From the sequence record MF360958.1: DNA of 64,000 nucleotides; one strand, given 5' to 3'. Shown here one piece after another: positions 53,910-63,690 of the stretch (position 1 is the first letter of the stretch; each line of letters opens with the position of its first letter). Both the position numbers and the translations under genes were made by a program. A model generated the notes under the pieces. It ran no database searches, was not told the origin of the DNA, and saw nothing but the letters and a program-made list of their open reading frames with translations.

Positions 53910-55726
53910 TTCTTTCCATATATTGTATCGTATATAATTTCCAGATAACGATCCGAATTTAATTTTAATTTCTTCATCATGCTATCTAATGCATTAATTT
54001 TTTCTTGATCCGTGTCTCGAAAGTATTTTGTTGCATAAATGATATCACTAACACTCAATCCAACTTGTGTTTGGAACGATTGATCTAATACTTGGTATAA
54101 TGATTTCATGTATTCTTTATGGTAAACATCAGTAGTGCTTATAGTAAGAAAGTAGAGACTTCTTAAAAGTAAATGTTTAATATCGTCGTAGCGGTTTTCG
54201 TAGTTGCGTCCTCCAAAATAACGAAGTTCAATACGACCATCCATATACTTGAATTCTTTAAAATTGATACTTACTGATTTATTATCAAATATAATATTTT
54301 TAGTTAATTTCTCATCAATATCTTTTATAAACTGTTGTGACTTATTATTCAATATGTAGTTTACAAATTCAGGTAGTTTCCTTGAAGAACCTATATGATC
54401 CATAACATCACTCATAATAGAATCAACATTTTTTCTTTCTGGAAAAAGGTCGATCACATAATCCATCTTATGAAGCATTAAAAATTTAACTAAATTCACA
54501 TTTTGAGGATCGTCTTTCATACTAATTGATATATGAAGCCCTGATTCATCGGTAGTATATAGGCTCTCTTTGGAATTAATCATACTGAAAGTTTTCTTGA
54601 TATGATTAAGAGCATTTTCAAGATTGATCTTTTTTGTAATTATTTCAATTTGATCACCTTGACTTTCTGAAACAACGGATTGTATTAGATCATCGTTGCT
54701 TTCGAGATTAGAAAAAAAATCTTTATCTATACTTTCACTGTAATCAATAGAAATGATTAAATGATCAATGGTATTATTCTCATATAGTGAATCAAAATTT
54801 TCTTCAATTGTATTAGAAATATGTTGTGTAAAAGGTATGTTTTCTATATTTGTTTCAAAATTGAATGAAAAGCTATAGAGTGCGTATATAAAATCCTCCG
54901 CTATTTCTTCTACTTCTTGTTCAAAACGCTCAGGGCGGGTATCTTTATAATTAATCTCAAACATGGAGTAAGTACGTATATAATCATCCATAATATTAAA
55001 AAAATCAGGCATAAAATCATAAACATAGGGGCTTGTTTCATTAAAGAAAATATTATCAAATTCGAGGCTTACATCTGACGCAATATCGACATTATCTTTG
55101 TTTGCATAATTTGATAATGTTGTCATGAAATCTTTTATGATTTTAACAGATTGGTCTTGTGAAAACTCTGCATCTTCAACATATTCGTCATCTGCATTTT
55201 TGAACTGTGATTGATATTTAGAGAGTGCCTTAAAGAAATGCTTGATAACTTGATAGTCTGGGTCTGTGTACTGATTAATGTACTCTTCAAGATTTGAAAC
55301 ATTTACAGGCTTTGTTTGCCAATTGCTATATGTATAAACTTTGCCTTGATTTTTAGTAAAAATTACACCAGTACGTGGCTGTTCTTCATCTAAAGGAGGA
55401 TTAAGAAGGCACAATCCTTGCTCTTCACCATTGAATACTTTACTTATGAATAAAGTATCACTAACTGTATCTATTGGTGATGCTACCCCTTCATCAGTAT
55501 TGATATGTTCTTCAATATCACGTATAGAAAGATTTTCAATATTAACAGTTTCAACATCAGAAATGTCTGTATCGCTGAGAGATGTTGATGCCCCGCCGGG
55601 AACATGAAATTCATATTCTATACCGATATTAAATTTGTCTCCATAAGAAAGAACCATGTTCTTTTCACTCTGGCCAAATTTAACACCTTCATTAATTTGA
55701 TTAGTTTTGATTTGGTTAAACTTCAT
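53906..55726 (-). CDS. Putative amidoligase (COOH-NH2 ligase, Amidoligase_2-like), paralog 1
   Basis: IGIEYEF, IEIITK, ESGLHISIS, SINF, GRIELRYFGG; N-terminal INE motif; CATAAATA late box at 55753-55760 (minus). Confidence 0.7.
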   Translation of the reverse strand: MKFNQIKTNQINEGVKFGQSEKNMVLSYGDKFNIGIEYEFHVPGGASTSLSDTDISDVETVNIENLSIRDIEEHINTDEGVASPIDTVSDTLFISKVFNGEEQGLCLLNPPLDEEQPRTGVIFTKNQGKVYTYSNWQTKPVNVSNLEEYINQYTDPDYQVIKHFFKALSKYQSQFKNADDEYVEDAEFSQDQSVKIIKDFMTTLSNYANKDNVDIASDVSLEFDNIFFNETSPYVYDFMPDFFNIMDDYIRTYSMFEINYKDTRPERFEQEVEEIAEDFIYALYSFSFNFETNIENIPFTQHISNTIEENFDSLYENNTIDHLIISIDYSESIDKDFFSNLESNDDLIQSVVSESQGDQIEIITKKINLENALNHIKKTFSMINSKESLYTTDESGLHISISMKDDPQNVNLVKFLMLHKMDYVIDLFPERKNVDSIMSDVMDHIGSSRKLPEFVNYILNNKSQQFIKDIDEKLTKNIIFDNKSVSINFKEFKYMDGRIELRYFGGRNYENRYDDIKHLLLRSLYFLTISTTDVYHKEYMKSLYQVLDQSFQTQVGLSVSDIIYATKYFRDTDQEKINALDSMMKKLKLNSDRYLEIIYDTIYGKK

Positions 55727-55772
55727 AATTTTATTCCATAAACATTTATTTGTATTTATGGAATAAAATTAG

Positions 55773-56366
55773 TTATTCGTACCAATTCTTGATGTGATAA
55801 TAAATTTCTTCCCAAGATGATACTTGAGAAATATAATCATCTTCATGTTTATTAAATTGGGTTTTTAGGAGAATGGATTTTAGTCCTAAATGTTCACCTA
55901 TATAATAGTTTTCAATATTATCTTCAATCCAAATATAATCACTATGTTCGTATTGTTTTAGATAACGATATTTACTATCAAAATAGTCAATCATGATTAC
56001 ATCATTAAATGATTCAGGAGGAAAGTAATCATTTAAATTTCGCATACGATTATTAGCAATTGTTTGACTATTACCACATTTACTAATTAGAACAAATTCA
56101 TAGTTCTCTTTAAGCAACCGGTTAATATAATACACAGAATGATGAATAGGATTCAATTGAGAAAAATACTCGCTATTATTAAATTCTTCAATCATTTTAT
56201 TGAACACATTTAAACTTAATGGTTCTATGTCCAATGTGTTTACATAATCATATAAACAAGGATATTGCGTTAGAGAATTTGGAAATGCAAAGTTATGATA
56301 TTGTAAAAATCCATAACTATAATTAAAAATAACATCATCAATATCACATAAAATAACTTTATTCAT
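55773..56366 (-). CDS. HAD-family 5'(3')-deoxyribonucleotidase-like protein
   Basis: LCDIDDV (DxD) and IWIEDN motifs. Confidence 0.8.
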   Translation of the reverse strand: MNKVILCDIDDVIFNYSYGFLQYHNFAFPNSLTQYPCLYDYVNTLDIEPLSLNVFNKMIEEFNNSEYFSQLNPIHHSVYYINRLLKENYEFVLISKCGNSQTIANNRMRNLNDYFPPESFNDVIMIDYFDSKYRYLKQYEHSDYIWIEDNIENYYIGEHLGLKSILLKTQFNKHEDDYISQVSSWEEIYYHIKNWYE

Positions 56367-56388
56367 AAATTTGTTTCCTCAATAAATT

Positions 56389-56411
56389 TTTGGGGCATAT
56401 TATGCCCCAAA
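56389..56411. terminator. Intrinsic terminator-like hairpin
   Basis: tttggggcat-att-atgccccaaa. Confidence 0.65.
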
Positions 56412-56442
56412 GAAATCTTAAAAATACATGATTTACATGATT

Positions 56443-56844
56443 TTAACCATGATTTTCTTTCTGTCCTCGATTTCCTTTAAATCGATTAGCCGCATTAACT
56501 ACACGATTAGTAGCTTTTTGAACACCAATTCCATGAGCAGTCTTAATTGCTTTTTCCACACGTTCGGTGAATTCTTCAAAGTTACTTTCTGCATATTGAG
56601 AAAGCATATTTCGGACTTGTGATTTAACTTTTTCAGTAAAGTCATCATCGGATTCTTCATTTTCAATAAGAGCTTGAAGGTTTCGAATAGATTCTTCTTC
56701 AGTAATGATGACATAATAAATGTCCACATTTGCGAAAACAACAGTCATTTCCCGATCATATGTAACAACTGTACGTTGAAGAAGATTTTCACGATCTACA
56801 TGTTCTGATTCTGGACCAATACGAATAATTACTTTGCTAGACAT
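56443..56844 (-). CDS. Hypothetical protein
   Basis: GAGG RBS; 133 aa. Confidence 0.7.
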   Translation of the reverse strand: MSSKVIIRIGPESEHVDRENLLQRTVVTYDREMTVVFANVDIYYVIITEEESIRNLQALIENEESDDDFTEKVKSQVRNMLSQYAESNFEEFTERVEKAIKTAHGIGVQKATNRVVNAANRFKGNRGQKENHG

Positions 56845-56991
56845 AAGTTAACCTCTTTAGATTTATTTAACATATTTTTGTTCATTTTTTGAACAAGATT
56901 AATAGTTTCCAATATAAACCGTCGAAACGGTAATTTACATATTACTGTAACATTATAATTTTGTCAAGATCATTTCCTCCTATATTAATGT

Positions 56992-57291
56992 TTAGCCTCC
57001 AATTATAATTGTAGGTGCACCTGTTGCTATAATATCAGAGCATGACATAAAATCACCAATTCGAGCAGCAGGCATAGATTCAATTATAACAGTAGTTGAT
57101 CCTGTTGCAATAATTAGCCCATGGGCTGGAAATGGAAACGATACGCATACGTGAGGAATTGCCATATCTCCTATCCTTGACAATGGTAAAACGTCACCAA
57201 TAACAGTTGTAGCTCCTTGAGATATTATAGTAGGAGGCCAACAACCATGTCCTGTGGTTATAGAACCAATTTGTGCAGCAGGCATAGACAT
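56992..57291 (-). CDS. PAAR tail-spike tip protein (T4 gp5.4-like)
   Basis: GHGCWPP, RIGD...H..H, TGS..V.I...PAARIGD...C; TATAAATA box at 57320-57327 (minus). Confidence 0.9.
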   Translation of the reverse strand: MSMPAAQIGSITTGHGCWPPTIISQGATTVIGDVLPLSRIGDMAIPHVCVSFPFPAHGLIIATGSTTVIIESMPAARIGDFMSCSDIIATGAPTIIIGG

Positions 57292-57311
57292 ATAAAAAAT
57301 TCCTTTGATTA

Positions 57312-57656
57312 TTAATTATTATTTATATCAGAATGTTGTTTTGTTTCTTCTATTTGTTGCTCTGCATTAGAAGCATTATTAATAATATTGTCAATATATT
57401 GCTTAATTTTTGCTGGTTCATTATGATGTTGGGCTAAATAACTTAAATATTCATAAAATGAATAATCAGTATTTCCTCTATCTTTACGAACTTCCATATT
57501 ACCGCAATCTAAAACGACATTGGCTGTCTGTAAAAGATTTGTTTTTAAACTATTACGAGTATATACTTCTTCGTACACATCCCATTTACCTTTTTCTTTT
57601 TGAGAAGCTGTGCGTTTATGGATTACGTAAATGTGGAGACTGTTAGATTTTTTCAT
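57312..57656 (-). CDS. Hypothetical protein
   Basis: GGAG RBS; 114 aa. Confidence 0.7.
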   Translation of the reverse strand: MKKSNSLHIYVIHKRTASQKEKGKWDVYEEVYTRNSLKTNLLQTANVVLDCGNMEVRKDRGNTDYSFYEYLSYLAQHHNEPAKIKQYIDNIINNASNAEQQIEETKQHSDINNN

Positions 57657-58047
57657 TATTTACTCCTTAAATTGTAATAATAATAACATTATTGCAAATT
57701 ATTGAATTGTCAATAGTTATTTAGGATTGACCTATCTATAAATATGGAATAATATGTAATATTTAGTCACAAAAAAAGATTGATTAATTTTTAAACATAA
57801 TCAAATTATAGTCAATATAACATAATAACTATATAAATAATGATAATCTTTAAATATCAAACATTATATTTCTTAAAAATCATAAATTGTTATTGTAAAA
57901 TACTTGACGAGTATAAATACAATGCTAATATAATTGTTCATATGTGGTTGATTTTGATCAAATTAAAAAACAGTAAATAAGTTATTGACAAATCAACAAT
58001 TAATGTTCTAATTAATTATATTAAATACTCAATATAGGAGAAAAATC

Positions 58048-58317
58048 ATGAGCAAACAAAAAACCCAAGAAGTTGAAACCCAAAATGAAGAAACCCAAAA
58101 TGGTGGTGAAGAAGCTCCTAACATTTCCCTACAGGATATCGTCACAGCACGTGATGTAATTAATGCTGCGACTACACGTGGTGCTTTCCGTGCTGAAGAA
58201 CTTTCTACTGTGGGCCGTCTTTATGACAAAATTAATAGTTTTGTTAAACATCACGTTCCTGAAAGCCAAAGCAACGATTCAACTCAGGAAAATGAAAAAG
58301 GGGGTGATGCTGAATAA
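58048..58317 (+). CDS. Small conserved myophage protein (L.DI.....I..A..RGAF.A.E...VG..YDK)
   Basis: AGGAG RBS; recognisable motif; terminator downstream. Confidence 0.75.
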   Translation: MSKQKTQEVETQNEETQNGGEEAPNISLQDIVTARDVINAATTRGAFRAEELSTVGRLYDKINSFVKHHVPESQSNDSTQENEKGGDAE

Positions 58318-58363
58318 TATGCTAAGATAGAATTTGGCATAGAACGTGATGTTTCTAATTATT

Positions 58364-58389
58364 AAAAGGCAATTTTTTAATTGCCTTTT
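58364..58389 (+). terminator. Intrinsic terminator
   Basis: aaaaggcaatt-tttt-aattgcctttt. Confidence 0.75.
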
Positions 58390-58425
58390 TAAAACATTAA
58401 AAAATAATAAAATGAGGTAAAAATT

Positions 58426-59319
58426 ATGATTAACAGTCGTTTTAATGGTGTACTAAGAACAACAGTACCAGACACAGGCCAAAATGAGAGTCGTCGAGTT
58501 CTTATTTTAAGTCCTTATATTCAAACTTCCGAACAGGATATTGATTATCAAAAAGCTTTAGTGGTGGATCTTCAAACACAAGAAAATGAAGTTGTAGCTC
58601 AAATTGAAGAAATGATGAAGAGTGAACAAGCAAATAGTTCTAAAACATTTCTTGAATATTCGCAGTTTTCACAATTTAAAAATGGCGAAAATGTTATGAA
58701 ATGGCTCCATGACCATAACGCTATTCAACAAGTAGCAGTAGATGACGTTGATATTGTTATGAATGGTCAGCATATGAATCTTCGCCAAATTAATGAAGAA
58801 ATTGCACGCCAGAATGGTCATTCTATGAATACGTCACAGCAATCTGCTACATCTATTGCTAGTGAATTTTCTGATAGCAGTATGAATGCAAATAATACTC
58901 ACCCTGCCCTCATTGAAGGCGGTCCTCGTGATGATGGACATGGGCAAACATCTTCACAACTTAATGAACAAGCTACCACCAGTACAAGTTCCATCATGGG
59001 GGTAGATAGCTCTAGAGAACAAGAAGCTGTTCAAGCTCTTCAAGAAGAAGCTCCAATCAACCCACATATGGAAAATAATGATTCAACTGTAGATCGTAAA
59101 GAATTTCTAGAAAATATGGAAAATCTCAATAAGCGTCTTGATGAAATGGAAAAAAAGCTTAAAAACAGTAGTAATAAAGAAACAGTGATGCTTCGTATGG
59201 CAAAACGATATGATATGACTGAATCTGAAATTGTTAAAGCTCTTGAATCGGCAGGTGAGCGTAAACAAAAACGCGAACAGAAAAAAGCTAATGAAAGTAA
59301 AAATCAGCAAAAACAATAA
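58426..59319 (+). CDS. Hypothetical protein with low-complexity middle and coiled-coil C-terminus
   Basis: GAGG RBS; 297 aa. Confidence 0.75.
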   Translation: MINSRFNGVLRTTVPDTGQNESRRVLILSPYIQTSEQDIDYQKALVVDLQTQENEVVAQIEEMMKSEQANSSKTFLEYSQFSQFKNGENVMKWLHDHNAIQQVAVDDVDIVMNGQHMNLRQINEEIARQNGHSMNTSQQSATSIASEFSDSSMNANNTHPALIEGGPRDDGHGQTSSQLNEQATTSTSSIMGVDSSREQEAVQALQEEAPINPHMENNDSTVDRKEFLENMENLNKRLDEMEKKLKNSSNKETVMLRMAKRYDMTESEIVKALESAGERKQKREQKKANESKNQQKQ

Positions 59320-59336
59320 TAATTGTTTTTATCTTT

Positions 59337-59361
59337 AAAGGGGAGTTTATTACTCCCCTTT
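59337..59361. terminator. Bidirectional intrinsic terminator
   Basis: aaaggggagt-ttatt-actccccttt between convergent genes. Confidence 0.85.
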
Positions 59362-59682
59362 TTTATGTTTATCTATATAATAATTATAACAAGACATAAT
59401 ATTTGTACGAAGATTGTTCATGTAATTCTTCATTTTATCAATATCAATTTTTACGTTAATTTCTGATATACCCTCATAGTAATTAATCATATCTGTAGTG
59501 GTATGAGTAATGTTAGGGAAAAAGTATTGCATTTCTTGCTGTTCAATTTCTTTAACTTCACCGTTATCATAAAATACAATAATGTGATCAATAAATACAA
59601 CAGGAATAGATTCACCCGGAAGTTTTTTTATAAGATTTTCTATATCTTTTTTATTATAATAGCTATTATTATCATTTATCAT
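59350..59682 (-). CDS. Hypothetical protein
   Basis: 110-aa ORF. Confidence 0.6.
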   Translation of the reverse strand: MINDNNSYYNKKDIENLIKKLPGESIPVVFIDHIIVFYDNGEVKEIEQQEMQYFFPNITHTTTDMINYYEGISEINVKIDIDKMKNYMNNLRTNIMSCYNYYIDKHKKGE

Positions 59683-59748
59683 ATTAATATTTATTAAAAA
59701 GATAAATAATTGAAAACATTAATGATTAAATATAAGAGGAATTTACTA

Positions 59749-60867
59749 ATGCGTCTGAATCAAATTAACAAACCCAATTATCATTACATTCTTAAAGAAG
59801 ATGTAACAAATTTTCATGAATTTCTAAAACAAAAAGTACGTGCTTTCAAATCAATGGTTCAAGATGGTGAAAATAAAGTAGAATATGAAAAGAAAATTAA
59901 TGAATTTATGAATAGTTATATGCATTGCTTTCTCGTTTTAAGAACACTTATTGCATATGATCAATATGCATCACAAAAAGATAGTTCTCGTGCAACTATG
60001 TTTGGTATTGGTGATATTATTAAATCAAAATCAGTAGAAGATAGCTGTGCAGCTCTTGAATCATTTTATAAAAATACTATTAATAGTGATAGTAAAATTG
60101 GTCAAAAATTGAAAGCAAATTATGATTATTTTAAGCGATCTATAGAGCGTTTAAAAGAACAATCGTCAAATAATGGCTATCCATATTACCCTGTTATAGA
60201 TCATATAGATGAAATTTTAAATTCAGAATTTGACTCATTTGTAAATGAATTTGATGAAAAACATCAAGATAATGTTCAATTGGAAATGGTTGAGAATTCG
60301 AATCAAGCAAAAAATAAAATTTCTTATATTATAGAAACTATGGATAAAGCTGGTTATACAGAATTAATGGAATCTAAAGACGATGTATATAATAATGAAG
60401 AAGATGAATATTATATGGTAGTCGATATGAAATTATATGATAGTCATAATAATGATAAAACCTCATTAAATAATTTTAAAAATACACTTGTAGCTCGTGC
60501 TAAAGATTATAATGAAGCTCGTAAAGTTCTTAAATCTAATGCGGAAAAGTCTCTCAAAGAGCTTAATCGCTATTTACAACGCCGTAATGAAAAAGAGAAT
60601 CGAAATCTGAAAGTAGATTTTTCACGTTCTGATTGGTATGATTATCATACTTTATATAAAGGACGTGATAAGATTAAAAAGAAAAATATAAAAGGTTTAA
60701 CAGGAACTGATATGGTTTCAACAGGCGTTATGTATCTTCGTGGTCTTGATAATCCCGGTGGTAATATTTCATCACATCCTGAATATTGTCCTCATAAACA
60801 GGCAATATTAAGTTCTAATTCGTCCCTTAGTCGATATCTTAATAAAAATTTTCTCAAAAAGAATTGA
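59749..60867 (+). CDS. Hypothetical protein, putative internal head protein
   Basis: GAGG RBS before the ATG at 59749; late box at 59701; MRLNQI...ILKE N-terminus. Confidence 0.7.
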   Translation: MRLNQINKPNYHYILKEDVTNFHEFLKQKVRAFKSMVQDGENKVEYEKKINEFMNSYMHCFLVLRTLIAYDQYASQKDSSRATMFGIGDIIKSKSVEDSCAALESFYKNTINSDSKIGQKLKANYDYFKRSIERLKEQSSNNGYPYYPVIDHIDEILNSEFDSFVNEFDEKHQDNVQLEMVENSNQAKNKISYIIETMDKAGYTELMESKDDVYNNEEDEYYMVVDMKLYDSHNNDKTSLNNFKNTLVARAKDYNEARKVLKSNAEKSLKELNRYLQRRNEKENRNLKVDFSRSDWYDYHTLYKGRDKIKKKNIKGLTGTDMVSTGVMYLRGLDNPGGNISSHPEYCPHKQAILSSNSSLSRYLNKNFLKKN

Positions 60868-60937
60868 GGTATAAAATAAGTTATATTATTAACATAATAA
60901 ATCTTTTTTAGTAAATGTTTTCACAGGAGGCTTTAGA

Positions 60938-61735
60938 ATGGAGAAAAAAATGTTTGAAAGGTTTAATATAAAAAAATCTTCTAATAAAAGCCTCCTTTGC
61001 TGTTATCTTTCTGCTATATCCTATCAAAGTAAAAAAAATCAATATAAATGGCTTATCGAACATTTTAGAATGAAGAATTTTAATAGTAATGAAATTGATT
61101 ATGTTAATTTTTTCACAGTTATTGATGATACAGACGACACATTTTATATAGTTTTTAGAGGAACCCATATAAAAAGTTTTAAATATCGTATTAAAAATCT
61201 TCTTATAAGTCTTAATTTTAATCTCACTTATGATAGAAATAAACATTGTAAAATCCATAGTGGTTATAAGAAATGCGGAGACACTATGTATGATAAGTTG
61301 TTCTTTAAAATTAAAGAAAAATATAAAGAGGGTTATAACGTTATTTTTACTGGCCATTCTCTTGGAGGTGCTGTTGCACAATATGTTGCTTCTAAGATTG
61401 ATTTAGATTGTGATGTATACACATTTGGAGCGCCTAGAATCGCAGAAGATTATTTTTTTCATTCATCTAATTCTAATATTTCTTATTATGAATATATCAC
61501 AAAAAACGATATTATATGTGATTTTCCATCGGGTATTATTTCATTCAGAGAATATATAGAAATTGATTATCTTGGTGGTTTTAAGAAAAAAATTAAATGT
61601 AATCGTTGTTGGATTTCTACACTTCTTTATCTTTTAGAAATTAAACTTCTTATGAGAATTACACAATTAAGTCGAGTTCATGGAATGAATCATTATTTAA
61701 AACTTATGAAAAGGTGTTTTAAAAACGAAGTTTAA
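60938..61735 (+). CDS. Class-3 lipase (alpha/beta hydrolase)
   Basis: IVFRGT, IHSGY, FTGHSLGGA (GxSxG), YTFGAPR, NDII...P (Asp), HGMNHY (His). Confidence 0.88.
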   Translation: MEKKMFERFNIKKSSNKSLLCCYLSAISYQSKKNQYKWLIEHFRMKNFNSNEIDYVNFFTVIDDTDDTFYIVFRGTHIKSFKYRIKNLLISLNFNLTYDRNKHCKIHSGYKKCGDTMYDKLFFKIKEKYKEGYNVIFTGHSLGGAVAQYVASKIDLDCDVYTFGAPRIAEDYFFHSSNSNISYYEYITKNDIICDFPSGIISFREYIEIDYLGGFKKKIKCNRCWISTLLYLLEIKLLMRITQLSRVHGMNHYLKLMKRCFKNEV

Positions 61736-61801
61736 TCCTTCCAAAATACTATAACTCCTAACGATAATAAATAGGTTAGCAATATTATGGAGTTATAATT
61801 A

Positions 61802-62089
61802 ATGAGATCAAAATATACATACCTTTATGTTTTAAGCTGTGAAGATCAAAAATATTTAAAAATTGGAATTTGTAGTGAAGGAAATGTTAGTAAACGTATA
61901 AAACACCTACAAACAGGCAACCCCCATCCGATTTATCTTGAATGGTCGGAACAACGTATTGATGCACATAAAGCTGAAAATTATTTGCATCGTTGTTTTC
62001 AAGATTATAAAATTATTGGAGAATGGTTTGAAGGTATAACATTAAAAGATATTAGAAGAAAACTTTTAATGTTTCATGATCAAGATTGA
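61802..62089 (+). CDS. T5orf172/MUG113-type GIY-YIG-like nuclease domain protein
   Basis: YLYVL...YLKIG...KRIKHLQTGNP...AE..LH..F...GEWF. Confidence 0.85.
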   Translation: MRSKYTYLYVLSCEDQKYLKIGICSEGNVSKRIKHLQTGNPHPIYLEWSEQRIDAHKAENYLHRCFQDYKIIGEWFEGITLKDIRRKLLMFHDQD

Positions 62090-62091
62090 AT

Positions 62092-63690
62092 TTAAACCCA
62101 AGAGCTTTCTATTAAGGGTCCGAGTAGTGTTCCATTGTTTTTAAATCCAAATTTGATTTCAGAAATAAAAGGCATAATCATATTGATTTTATAAGCTTTT
62201 ATTTCTAACTTTATATATTTAATATTATCATTAAATTTTGGAGTATTTTTATATAATTGTTTTAAACCTGTACCGCCTTCATATATGGGATAATTATCAA
62301 TCTTATTAAAACGATGTAAATCAAATCTAGTTGATTTTCTAGATAATAAGAATGATTGACTGAAACCATATTCATTATTATCAATTTTATAATTATCAAT
62401 TAATATTGATTGAGAAAAATTACCATCAAAATATTCAGCATTTATAGGGTTTTTATTTGAATCATAAAAATAAGTTTTAATTTTTATTTCATCATTATCC
62501 ATTTCTCCATGAAACCAAGTAGTAAATGAATAATCTATATTTGGATCTATTTCAATATAATCACTTATCATAGATGAAAGAATATTTATAGATTGTTTTT
62601 TATCTTTATATAAGAATGTTTCTTCATCCATTACAAATGGTTTGATTCCTTGATTAAAAGCATTCTTATAATCATTTTCATTTTCATAATAAAAATTTCC
62701 ATAACATTCATATATATCAAAACAAGAAAGATTTTCACTATTTTTATTAAATTTAAATTTAGTATTTGTGTCAATTAAAGATTTGCCGCATTTGACTACC
62801 GAAATATTTTTTATAGTTATTGATATATCTGAATCTTTATCGATTATTAATTTATAGTTCTTATTATTATTCATATATAAGATATAATCTATACTTTCCC
62901 ATATATTACTATCTATTTTAAAAGATTTAATGTTATTCCCATCTTCATTAATATAAACATTTGCGTTTTTATTAGGATACTCATGTAAGTTTTCTATGTA
63001 TCCTTCAAACTGAATTCTTATATTTTGACTTATATCAATATTACTAATTGGAATTTCATAGTTTGTAGAGTTTTTTGATTTACTTTTATAATCTTCTTTA
63101 TTAACTAAATTAATTCCATAACCATTTAACCCAAAACTATGAAAATCGTGATATGGAACATTAAGTAATGCATTATCATCTTCATCATTGACGATATAAT
63201 TACCGTATTTTTCATAAACAATTCCAAGATCATTACTCATAACACAACAATATGGTATTTCATTTTTAACAAATTTATTATCTATAATTTTATTATTAGA
63301 CTCTTTTTTATTCCATAAAACGCTACCAATATTTTTAAAAGTATTTTTTAGTATTGAACTATTATCTTGTTCTAGATTGCCTGATGAAACAATACAAATT
63401 AAATACTTTGTATTTGAATTATTAATACTATTAATGAATCTCATAGCACTTTTAGATTCTTGTTCTTTCTTTATTTTAAAGAACTTTTGTCTATTTAAAG
63501 TTAAATCGGGATTTATAACAACGATAAGTAATCCATTTTCATCGTTTATTTCGCTAATAGTTTCATAATTTATAGAAACGTATGAAGAATAAGATTCATT
63601 AGAATTTGAACCTTGTAATGTTATTATATTACTGCCATAAGCAGTTGACGTTCCTTTTGTGTAAAATCCTTGATATCTTATTACTTTCAT
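62092..63690 (-). CDS. T4 gp35-like long-tail-fibre hinge protein
   Basis: N-terminal ILEI-like segment (LICIVSSGNL...FKNIGSVLW) as in gp35; follows a fibre C-terminus. Confidence 0.5.
   Translation of the reverse strand: MKVIRYQGFYTKGTSTAYGSNIITLQGSNSNESYSSYVSINYETISEINDENGLLIVVINPDLTLNRQKFFKIKKEQESKSAMRFINSINNSNTKYLICIVSSGNLEQDNSSILKNTFKNIGSVLWNKKESNNKIIDNKFVKNEIPYCCVMSNDLGIVYEKYGNYIVNDEDDNALLNVPYHDFHSFGLNGYGINLVNKEDYKSKSKNSTNYEIPISNIDISQNIRIQFEGYIENLHEYPNKNANVYINEDGNNIKSFKIDSNIWESIDYILYMNNNKNYKLIIDKDSDISITIKNISVVKCGKSLIDTNTKFKFNKNSENLSCFDIYECYGNFYYENENDYKNAFNQGIKPFVMDEETFLYKDKKQSINILSSMISDYIEIDPNIDYSFTTWFHGEMDNDEIKIKTYFYDSNKNPINAEYFDGNFSQSILIDNYKIDNNEYGFSQSFLLSRKSTRFDLHRFNKIDNYPIYEGGTGLKQLYKNTPKFNDNIKYIKLEIKAYKINMIMPFISEIKFGFKNNGTLLGPLIESSWV

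Noticed and set aside
57657-58047. 390-bp AT-rich gap as an ncRNA or origin
   Set aside because: It contains only divergent promoter-like elements and no convincing stems or iterons.
820-63568. Other short ORF-track entries nested in or antisense to larger genes (e.g. 820-1002, 3379-4095, 9179-9466, 42092-42319, 51053-51280, 60908-61381)
   Set aside because: They overlap well-supported genes, lack an RBS or motifs, and show typical antisense composition.
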